A stretch of DNA of 64,000 bases from contig OX597822.1 in the NCBI GenBank assembly GCA_951406725.2, positions 84,878,001 through 84,942,000 of the forward strand, in the 5' to 3' direction. Shown here one piece after another: positions 53,037 through 64,000 of this stretch (its first letter is position 1; each line of letters begins with the position of its first letter). Origin of the DNA: Octopus vulgaris (taxonomy: Eukaryota). The notes beneath the pieces are model-generated. The model saw only the letters and a list, made by a program, of their open reading frames with translations, was not told the DNA's origin and searched no databases. The translations under genes were made by a program, and so were the position numbers.

Positions 53037-53371
53037 TGAGCAGCAGGTGTGGTCTGAGCTGTAGCTATGCTGGTGCTAGTGCCCAGTTAAATTCATTTCT
53101 CTCACCCCTGCAGTAAAAATAGACTGCTCCTAGTTGGAGAGTTTTCTGTATTTCTGTTCTTCCGCTTTTTTTCATATTTTTTTGTTCTTTGGTTTCAGGA
53201 ACACATGTATACAAACTCTGCTCAGAACATACACACACACACGCGCGCGCACTCACAACACACACATATATACTCACCTAACACTTTAACCGCAATCTCT
53301 CTCTCTCTCTGATATATTATATATATGCATATATAATATATAATAGTATAATATATTTATAATACAATAAA

Positions 53372-53441
<70 letters not shown>

Positions 53442-53443
53442 GC

Positions 53444-53665
53444 TTTACTACCCACAAGGGGCTAAATATAGAGGGGACAAACAAGGACAGACAAATGGAT
53501 TAAGTCGATTACTCGACCCCAGTGCGAAACTGGTACTTTATTTATCTACCCCGAAAGGATGAAAGGCAAAGTCTACCTCGGCGGAATTTGAACTCAGAAC
53601 ATAACGTCAGACGAAATACCGCTAAGCATTTCGCCCGGGGCGCTAACGTTTCTGCCAGCTCGCCT
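53444..53665 (-). mobile_element. SINE family A, full length
   Basis: Near-consensus copy, head AAGGCGAGCTGGCAGAAACGTTAG. Confidence 0.9.
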
Positions 53666-53878
53666 TGATAGAGAGACATTGAAAAGTTTGTAGAGCATGA
53701 GTGTTTGTGTGTATAGGTGTTTGCATGTTTGATTGCTTGTGTATATATGTGTATATGGTATGTATGTACGTACGTACGTATGCATACATGTATCTATGTA
53801 TGTATGTATGCTTGTACGTATATATGCATGTACGTATGTATGTATGCATGCATGCATGCATATATATATGATTGTATG

Positions 53879-53922
<44 letters not shown>

Positions 53923-53928
53923 TGTATG

Positions 53929-53970
<42 letters not shown>

Positions 53971-53976
53971 CATACA

Positions 53977-54024
<48 letters not shown>

Positions 54025-54241
54025 CATACAATCATATATATATGCATGCATGCATGCATGCATACATACATACGTACATGCATATATACGTACAAGCATA
54101 CATACATACATAGATACATGTATGCATACGTACGTACGTACATACATACCATATACACATATATACACAAGCAATCAAACATGCAAACACCTATACACAC
54201 AAACACTCATGCTCTACAAACTTTTCAATGTCTCTCTATCA
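53666..54241. repeat. About 576-bp spacer-free palindrome centred on (TA)n
   Basis: TGATAGAGAGACATTGAAAAG... and its reverse complement ...CTTTTCAATGTCTCTCTATCA; arms differ only in repeat counts. Confidence 0.95.
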
Positions 54242-54449
54242 CCCTCTCTCCCTCTTTCCCTCTTTGCCCTCTCTCCCTCCCCCCTCTCTCGACTGGATAT
54301 TTAGAAATACGCTACAACGTGTCCCATTCAAAAGCAAAACACCCTTTCTGCCCTGGAATTATTTCACTCAATTCTAATATTTCTAAGTTAATGGAGACAA
54401 CCATTTGCAATATCATCCAACACCATGAATCTCACTCCACCACTCTCTC

Positions 54450-54487
<38 letters not shown>

Positions 54488-54776
54488 ACTTTTTTCTCCT
54501 TAAACGATCTTCAGTACAGTTTTCATGCAGCCAGAGCTCCTTATTTTCTAATCAATTATGCAATATGTACATATGTATGTATGTATAAAAAACAAAGCAA
54601 AAAATGGAACAAGAACGTGACCGGCAACAACAAAACATTCGGGCAGTTAGACGGCACGAAAAAGGACAGGAAAAAACACGGACGTGTCATTCGGAGCTTT
54701 CAATCTTCAGTCGAGTACCAGATCGTTTTTGCAGTTTCGGCCGGTTACTCTCATACTATGTATGCATGTATGTATG

Positions 54777-54810
<34 letters not shown>

Positions 54811-54918
54811 TGTATGTATGTATGTATGTATGTATGCATGTATGTATGTATGTATGTATGTATGTATGTATGTATGTATGTATGTATGTATGTATGTATG
54901 TATGCATGCCTTCATGTA

Positions 54919-54954
<36 letters not shown>

Positions 54955-55252
54955 TGTATGTATGTATGTACGTACGTATGTATGTATGTATGCATGTCTT
55001 TATGTATGTATGTATGTATGTATGTATGTATGTATCTCAACTTGTAAATATTCGGTGAAATCCACATTATCACCCTCGTCTTCAGTGTAGCTTTTGACAG
55101 TTTTCCCATGTAAATTTTCATAGAAACTCTTTGCCTACGGGTTCCATCTCGTGAATCGGTAGCTTTGTATGAAACCAACTCTCACTGTTAGCAATGAAGG
55201 AGATTCCATCTCATTTTTCCAACTCCACCGTAACCCAGAGTTCGGTTTATCC

Positions 55253-55304
<52 letters not shown>

Positions 55305-55550
55305 TATATACATCAACGACAAACTTACCATTACATTCCAAAAACTCACATTTTTATGTAAGGGATCAACCATTCAACGATTTCTAACCTTTCCCAAACA
55401 TGTATCCTTCACATGAAACCTGGACAAAATACACCCACTCCGCACCGATTTCAGGATGAGAGATCACAAAAGCATTTTGCAACGAGGGTACGCTAGTCAC
55501 GTCTGCTGCAACAACAATGAAACGTTTTGCTAATCATATAAAGAAAGCAT

Positions 55551-55630
55551 CATCGTACCACATTTTTCATTGTACCACATTCTTCATCGTGCCATATTTT
55601 TCATCGTACCACGTCGTATTCTCAACGTGC
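55551..55630. repeat. Degenerate minisatellite, unit about 16-17 bp (TCATCGTACCACATTT)
   Basis: Four to five adjacent variants seen. Confidence 0.8.
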
Positions 55631-55809
55631 CGCTTTCTTAAACATGAGAAGTACACAACTAAAGTCCTTATAATCATTTCAAATGTTGGGCCTCGTTATA
55701 ACCAAGTATCTTATCTAGCGAAAGAATATCTTTAACATTGTTAGGAACACATCTTTTGGATGTATAGCCTCCTTCTTTTCTTTCTTTGTTGTCCATTACG
55801 CTACTATGG

Positions 55810-55928
55810 CCTCAGTCCTTGCTTGGGAGAAAATCTTAGAAATTGAAAAATATATCTATCTGCTACACCCTCAGTCCTTGCTTGGGAGAAAATCTTAGAA
55901 ATTGAAAAATATATCTATCTGCTACACC
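55810..55928. repeat. Perfect 59-bp tandem duplication
   Basis: CCTCAGTCCTTGCTTGGGAG...TATCTGCTACAC occurs twice in tandem. Confidence 0.95.
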
Positions 55929-56841
55929 ATTAACAACCAAAAACCTTTATTCACTCCTCCCCTCCATATTTCTCTACAATGATTTGTTGCCTCCTCACGG
56001 TCACTCAGTATTTTTTAAATGTTCCATCATACAATTCTGAAGATTCAACGCAGAAAACTGCAGCAACTAATAATTCTGAATTATTTTCTCATCTTCAATA
56101 AATATATGCTTTGACATAGAAACATGCATAGTTCGAAATGTAATTGAAGATATATTCTTTTTTTGATAATACAAGTTTAGCCATATTGTGAAACGATAAA
56201 TAAAATTGTTACATACTATGGTGCGTCTCGTTGAGATTAGAAACTGTGACTTCGGAATGAAGTTTTTCTAATTTAATTAGACAGCCATCAATAAAAGAAC
56301 TCGCATCTTCTGTCCATGCAGAAGTTAGTTCCCTTTGCTTATTTTGCAAAGTAATGCTAAAACTAATTTTATGAAAATGTGCTCATTAAATTACTTTTAA
56401 AATTATTCAAAAATATAAACGCTATTTAATTATTTTAAAAAATACGCTAGTTAATGCATAATTAACGCTAGTTAACGCATGCAATGTTATGCAAATTAGA
56501 CAGACCAGTTTTGTGGTGCTTGAGATTGTTTACACTATAAATAATATAAATAATTGTAAACTTCTAGTTTCTCTCAAGATGGATTATGAGTGCCCCTTTT
56601 TTAAAAACAATTCTACTGAGAGAGATTGTCAATCATTTGCAGATTGCTTGGATAATCTCAGCTGAATGAAGTTTTTCAACTCTTAATAATATTTATCTGA
56701 GATTCTGTTCCATGTGTATTTAGTGTGGAGAGCATCCCCTTAGCTTCATTATTGTCATTCATAATTAGCAACACAACATTCTCTCTATTCTTATGTATTG
56801 TTTATCAGTCTTAGTCATGCTAATTGAAGAGAAATACTTTT

Positions 56842-56872
56842 CAGATGAGGTCTGTAAGACCGAAACATGCTC
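56842..56872 (+). ncRNA. Degenerate minimal hammerhead motif
   Basis: CAGATGA-GGTC tgtaa GACC-GAAA-CATG. Confidence 0.5.
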
Positions 56873-57181
56873 CTTACTTTCATCAGTTGGTGTTAAAGAC
56901 AAAATCTACTCAATTCTCCATTATCTAGTTAATTGAAATCCTTTATATCAATCGATATTTTCAAAGTTATCTCACTTGGTTTGCGTTCATCAATAACATG
57001 GCAAGCTATAATTACATATGTATCCCATTACACATGGGAAAAAACACCAAATGAATTTCCCGGATTAGAAACTAGTTTCACAGTTCTCACTTTACGTAAA
57101 GGCTGATGAAAAAAAAGCGTTGGTGCAGTACTTTGTTTAATCTTTACAGGCAAATATTTTATGCTATTAATAAGTATACAT

Positions 57182-57354
57182 TAGGCGCTTGCGTGGCTGT
57201 GTGGTAAGAAGCTTGCTTCCCAACCACATGGTTCCGGGTTCAGTGTCACTGCGTGGCACATTGGCGAAGTGACTTCTACTATAACCTCGAGCCGACCAAA
57301 GCCTTCCGAGTGGATTCGATAGACGGAAACTGAAAGAAGCCCGTATTAGATATC

Positions 57355-57389
<35 letters not shown>

Positions 57390-57580
57390 TTTTTTCCACC
57401 ACCATTGCTTGACAACCGATATTGGTGTGTTTATGCCACCATAACTTAGCGGTTCGGCAAAAAAGACCGTTAAAATAAATACTAGACTTGAAAAATAAGT
57501 CCTGAGGTCTAGCTGTTCGACCAAAACCTTTCAAGGCGGTGTTCCAGCATTGCTGCAGTCAAATGACTGAAAGAATAAAA
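57182..57580 (+). mobile_element. SINE family B, full length
   Basis: Both modules with internal (TA)n(TG)n. Confidence 0.88.
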
Positions 57581-58809
57581 AGAAAACAAAAAAAACCCAA
57601 CAATATCCAGAATTGATTTACATTGTGGTTTCAAAATTTGGTAGCAGGCCAGGGGCAGTGGGCAAGTTGAAGGTACCGACTCCTGTGCTCTTCCGGTACC
57701 TATTTTTATCGAACCCCAAAATGAATTCGAACTCAGAACGTGGAGACGGACGGAACGCGGATAAGCCTTTATTACATCGTGCTCACCGTTCTGCCATCTC
57801 GTCGCCTAAAACGAGCTTATAGATTATTTGTTATATACATATCATATATTTTTTTTTTTACTATACATATTTTATATTATTCTTTCTATACCTATTTTGT
57901 CTTCCCATCCCGCCACTTTCTGCCAATTTCACTCCCTCTGCACTACTTCCGTTTGATGAATGAAAAAAATAGCGATGTCCGACTTTTAATTAGTTGCTTC
58001 TGACGTCTTAGAACTCTTCAACTGGAATCCTTCAATTACGCATTAAACTATTAGCGCTTACCACAAGGCTCTGTTTGTTATATACAGCAATAATGGGTCA
58101 CCGTTTAGATAACATTGGGTAGTCAAGGGGAAACCGGAAGCCGTTTTATTAGCAGAGGATCACCGCAGTGTTGCTTCCATGCTCAGTGGGAATTTTTTTT
58201 AATGAGAACAATTCTGTATATAAAGCTATTACTGCTGTTACAGAATGTTGCCATCTTATAAATAATAATTTCTACCACACCCAGGGGCCCTTATGTGGTC
58301 ATCTCACCTGCTAGAAACAACAGATAAATTTCATTCAAATCCCCGTTTTAATTTTTGGTTCAAGGCCTGTACATTTAGTGGGTGTTTGTCGATTATATTA
58401 ACCCCGGCACTTGACTGGTTTTGTTTTATCGATCTCGAAAGATTAAGTGTAAAGTTGATCCCAATAGGTTTTGAATTCAGATCATAAAGAGTTCGAAGAA
58501 TTTAACTCAAATCACACCTAGCATCATCAGAAAAAAAGGTTACAATGACAAATGTAATCTTAGATACACTGTATCAGAAAGAGAATGACAACTTCGTGGA
58601 CAGAATTTATTAAATGAACAAACAATATATGAATCGAACTAACCGCCAAGAATATGTTTTATCATGCGAAGCTGCAAAACCAATTTATTTAAGCCCTTCT
58701 AATAGTGGATTAAATGGCAATATGTCGATGGTAAGAACGGGTGCTCACTTGCTGGTGAGATGTAATGGGTCTCCTGGTTTCGTTCCTCTCTTGCCCACAA
58801 ATTCATTCG

Positions 58810-59180
58810 TTTCTACTCTAGGCACAAGGCCCGAAATTTTTTGGGAGGGGCCAGTCGATTAGATCGACCTCAGTATGCAACTGATACTTAATTCATCGAC
58901 CCCAAGAGGATGAAAGGCAAAGTCAAACTCGGCGGAATTTGAACTCAGAACGTAAAGACAGACGAAATAACTATTTCTTTACTACTCACAAGGGGCTAAA
59001 CACAGAGAGGACAAACAAGGACAGACAAACGGATTAAGTCGATTAACTGGTACTTATTTAATCGACTCCGAAAGGATGAAAAGCAAAGTCGACCTCGGCG
59101 GAATTTGAACTCAGAACATAGCGGCAGACAAAATACGGCTAAGCATTTCGCCCGGCGAGCTAACGTTTCTGTCAGCTCAC
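58810..59180 (-). mobile_element. SINE family A head-to-tail dimer
   Basis: Junction AAAGAAATA|GTTATTTCGTCTGTC on the minus strand at about 58960-58980. Confidence 0.88.
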
Positions 59181-59949
59181 CGTCTTTGCCCACAAACTTA
59201 TTGGGTGTAGAAAAGATATTCACGCCGGTCTCTCACAAATACTTTCGCAATCTAAATGCAAAGAAGGGAGGAGAGAGGAGAGGAGGGGGAGAGAGAGGGC
59301 TAAAGATATGGCCAAAGAACTTATATCTACAAGAAGTGACTAAAGATGCTATATAGATAGCATTTCTGTGGATTATAGCAGCCTTCTCTCTTTTCGTCAA
59401 GATATCACATTCATAAACGCACGTATATTTTCAACCACAAACTTTGCCACGCATGTATGTATGTGTGTGTGTGTATGTATGTATGCATGCATGAATGTAT
59501 GTATGTATGTATGTATAATTGTATGCATGCATGTATGTACACACACATACACGCACACACTCACACACACATACACACATATGTATATTCTTTTATACAT
59601 ATGTATTTATGTCTATGCATATATGTACGCATATATTTATGTACGTATGAATACACGCACACACACCTACATACATACTCACACAAACATATATACATAT
59701 GCAAACATGCATATTTGTGAGTAGAAACACGTGGCCTAGTGATTAGGATGTTTCTCTCACAATCGCAAAATCATGGTTACGATTCGCAGACTGGATTCCT
59801 TGTCCTTACCTATAACATTTTTGCCCATGTTTAAATATAGGTAATATATCGGTAGTATTTTGCATACTTTTATCCCTTAAACGGTAATTTTAACCTCTAA
59901 CCCAACAGTTGATTTTCCCTGTCTCTTCTCAAAGCTCGTTTTTCCAGCG

Positions 59950-60560
59950 TTCACCACTTCATCTGGTTATGGCTTAACAGCCCTCACCGTTTATTTTCAC
60001 AGTTTTGTTCTTACTGTCCTGTTTTTGTTACCACTTTAACCCTCCACAAACAATCCCAAATTTTACTAAATTTGTTTTGCGGGAAGGACTGTTTTAACGA
60101 AGTCGCGTCTTGTCCCTACATTCGAACGCGGAGTAGCTAAAACAGGCGACAACTGATGAAGGGAATGTTCGTTATGTTACCTGTCTCGTTTCTCTGTTTG
60201 TTTCAATCGTTGTTCGAAAAAAGTTCGTTTACTATGTTTTTTGTTTTTTATGTTCTCGTTTTTTGACGTCCTGTGCCCATATATGCATGTATATATACAT
60301 ATATATGTATGTATACATATGTACACAGAAGGACACCCACTCCTCATCAGTTATCGGCCAGAGGGTAAAATGCAATTTCGTGCCATCATCGATAATATTG
60401 CTTCCACTCTGGAGGCACCGGCAAGGAACTTGCCGGGGAATAGGACCAGAACATAACAAAATGAGACAGACAAACAGTAAATGAATAAACAAGCAATACG
60501 GAAATGGATATACGGAAATGGATATACGGAAATGGATAAAAGTTATATATGTGTGTGTGT

Positions 60561-60619
<59 letters not shown>

Positions 60620-61140
60620 CATATAATACTATTTTGCGGGCATTGCCAATTGCGAAGCACTGAATCTTACCGTTAAAGGTGCGAAACTGAACACTACCAT
60701 GGGTCGATAACTGATGAAGAATGACGGACCTTCACTTTGTCTCCCGTTCCTACTTACATTCAATATACATTATCTCGTTTGTTTATAATTTTTTTCATTT
60801 AACAAGTAATGGAACACAACACACACGAGTACGAGTACATGGAATATAAACTATTTTTTCGAACAACGAAAGACACAAATGGGGAACAAGACGAATAACA
60901 CAAAGAACGACCCTTTATCATTTGTTGGCTGTTTCTCTACATTCGTATTTCGAGCATTTAACAACAATATACGCTTTGGATAAAACAGTTGTTCCTGCAA
61001 AGCAAATTAATTAAAATTTGAGATTTTGCAGTGGGTCAAAATTGGTAACACAAACAGGACAGTGAAAACGAACAGGAAGGGCTGCTAAGCCTAGGTGAAC
61101 GCATAAATCAAGCTTGGACAGGAGACACAGAAGAACACGT
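59950..61140. mobile_element. Two diverged, oppositely oriented copies of one repeat family (59950-60280 +, 60800-61140 -), probably Penelope-like ends
   Basis: Shared GGCTTARCAGCCCT..ACTGTCCTGTTT..GTTACCA..TTTGC.GGAA..ACTGTTTTA..TCGTTGTTCGAAAAAA; CTGATGAAGGG core at about 60154. Confidence 0.55.
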
Positions 61141-61211
<71 letters not shown>

Positions 61212-61214
<3 letters not shown>

Positions 61215-61636
61215 CGCAAGAGTGACTGTATGGTAAGTAGCATGCTTACCAACCATATGGTTCCAGGTTCAGTCAGACTGCGTGGCACCTTGGACAGGTG
61301 TCTTCTAGTATAGCCGCGGGCCTACAAAAGCCTTATGATAGACGGAAAGTGAAAGTAACTTGTCGTATACACACTCACGCACACACACACACACACACAT
61401 ATATGTATATATGTATATGTGTGTGTTCATACGTTTGTGCGTCAGCCCCCCCCTACCATCGCTTGACAACCGATGCTGGTGTGTTTACGTCCCCGTAACT
61501 TAGCAGTTCGGCAAAGGAAACCGATAGAATAAGTACTAGGCTTACAAAGAATAAGTTCTGGGGTCGATTTCTTCGACTAAAGGCGGTGCTCCAGCATGGG
61601 CGAAGTCAAATGACTGAAACAAATAAAAGAATAAAA
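61212..61636 (+). mobile_element. SINE family B, full length
   Basis: Both modules with internal (CA)n/(TA)n. Confidence 0.88.
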
Positions 61637-61703
61637 GGCTATATATATATACATACATATGTATATATGTATATATGTATATATGTATATGTATGTATGT
61701 ATG

Positions 61704-61784
<81 letters not shown>

Positions 61785-62614
61785 GTGTATGTATATGTGT
61801 GTGTGTATGGTATGGTATATATGTATTCTTGTATCTATTCATATTTCAGCACAAAAATAATGAGACCATTCTTATTAAATCCTCTGTCAAATACAAACCC
61901 AGCAGCTACAATCTATTTACCCTCTAGAAAATATTATACATAATATAAATTTACTTTTCTACCTGAAACCATTGGCGCGTCTCGTTATGTTATGGAATTC
62001 TGCAAAAGGAAATTAAAAGTGTTATTTCTCAGACAAAGGAATTATCATCTACTATATATTCTGGAGAGGCAATCAGCAAGCGGAAACGCGAAAATATGCA
62101 AGAATAATCAAAAATTTAGCATGCCATTCTATGCTGTTGGTGATGTCAAAATTCCAATGAAGAAGATTTGCGTCCGAACCATTTCTTTCTCCAAATTCTT
62201 AATTTAGAGAACTGAGATATGAAAGATTACATGCATATAATCTAAGTTGAAGCGACATATGCCTTTCGAAGCACAAGGCACTGACACACACGCACATACA
62301 TATATACACTCATATACATACATACATACATACATACATACATACATACATACATACATGTAATGTTCATGCACACATGTTTGTGTGTACATATATATAT
62401 ATAATTTTGGATAGGCTTGATAGCATCGTATAAACATTTTTTCGAGAATATTAATATTTATTTTAATTATATTATATGTATATGTGTGTCTGTGTCTGTG
62501 TGTGTATGTATGTATGTATTTGTGTATATATATATATTTAAAAACATATATATGGTAATGCAATTGAAACAATTGTCGAATTTTTAAGGACAATTTTCTC
62601 TGTACGTATTTTTT

Positions 62615-62676
<62 letters not shown>

Positions 62677-62802
62677 TCATTATCTTTTATTAAGCTTTTA
62701 ATACTTTTGATATATATTTAAAATAATATTAATTAATTAATTTTATGTATTGGCTTAAGTTTTTCATTGTTTGATTTGCCTAATAGTGGTTTTATCTCTA
62801 AT

Positions 62803-62860
<58 letters not shown>

Positions 62861-62864
<4 letters not shown>

Positions 62865-63104
62865 TAAGCAATTAAGGGTTTAGCAACGAATTGCCTCACC
62901 ACACACCGAATTTAGAAATAGCAGTCAAAGAGTTATAGCTATTCTTTCTACTAAAAGGGAGATCTCAGTAAAAACACACCACTTGAAAGGCAAACACTGA
63001 GATCTCCCTTTTAGTAGAAAGAATAGCTATAACTCTTTGACTGCTATTTCTAAATTCGGTGTGTGGTGAGGCAATTCGTTGCTAAACCCTTAATTGCTTA
63101 GTAT
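62861..63104. repeat. Perfect 109-bp inverted repeat with a 26-nt loop, part of a (TA)n-flanked insert ending about 63210
   Basis: Arms 62861-62969 and 62996-63104 are exact reverse complements. Confidence 0.95.
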
Positions 63105-63208
63105 TAATTAAATTTTCCTCGAATGAGGCTTTTACATGCCGAAATCTACTTGGTGTAATTAATAATTATTCCAAATTAATTAATTTCACCCTTTATTGTT
63201 ACTGATAA

Positions 63209-63307
<99 letters not shown>

Positions 63308-64000
63308 GACTTATACACTTTTAATATACTTGGTAGTAGATGACGGTCACAAAACGAAACACACTGCCCCTCATCAGCAATTAACACTTCATAAATTCTA
63401 CGTTTTTGTGAAACTCACCTATTATACAAGGTGAAAGTTTTCAAAATGTTCGCACCATTCTTTCCAGTTGTCTCCCCTTCCTTCAAATGCCTTCAACGAT
63501 GACTTTACACCACAAGTACACTCAACCACTAAGATACATACACTAAATATGAAAGTGATCTCCGTCAGAAACTCTGAGGATGAGTTTTCAGTTGTTTAAT
63601 CAACTAGCTACCTTCTCATTGATTTAGCGTTTAATATGGCTGGGTATTCCAAAGTTATCTGTGCTCTTAACGTAATTTCAGATAGAGTACGTGATAAAAA
63701 TGGAACTTTGCATTTATAGATACAATCTATCGGACAGGCTTCCGTACAGTTTCTCTTTGTCCAGTTTCAGTCACAAAGCATGTAACAGTAAAAGAACTTC
63801 AATATAAGTATTGTGTGTGTGTGTGTGTGTGTGCGTGTGTGTTTGGACGATTCTATGAATATGCCCATATGCGTGCATGATAGTTTGCAACTATGTATTC
63901 ATGCTGTCATGTTCATGCACATACAGCGGTTAGACAAAATAATGGAAATACCAAGCATCATAGCATCATAATTTTGAAATATCTTTAAAACCGTCAAAAG

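Noticed and set aside
53170-53280. Strong plus-strand acceptor TTTGGTTTCAG at about 53198
   Set aside because: Followed by (CA)n-type sequence with no donor or meaningful frame.
55551-55630. Short repeat array as possible CRISPR
   Set aside because: Contiguous degenerate units without unique spacers, no cas genes, eukaryotic context.

Overview
Eukaryotic, AT-rich, extremely microsatellite-dense intronic/intergenic DNA. The tRNA-derived SINE families and the repeat landscape point to an octopod cephalopod genome (inference; no search run). Almost all ORF-track entries are translations of simple repeats. Recognisable content: (i) at least four tRNA-headed SINE families in dozens of copies, some as head-to-tail dimers with an identical junction; (ii) decayed non-LTR retrotransposons: R4/Dong-type RLE elements (three stacked in an (AAT)n tract), L1/Tx1, RTE, CR1-like and HERO-like 3' ends; (iii) Tc1/mariner, hAT and Helentron-type (HINE) non-autonomous DNA elements; (iv) about ten minimal hammerhead-ribozyme motifs in short Penelope-like remnants, mostly next to (TA)n; (v) a 1.33-kb Crypton-like element in (TA)n with an uninterrupted 190-aa ORF lacking the catalytic tyrosine-recombinase domain and a 64-bp terminal hairpin with three tandem G.A mismatches and a GAAA loop, so it is stable on one strand only. 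This is the most intriguing item. There are also two large near-perfect palindromes, a CTCF-like motif and a few weak candidate host exons, one encoding a signal-peptide-like N-terminus. No rRNA, intact tRNA gene or CRISPR array was seen. Repeat boundaries were placed by eye and are approximate.
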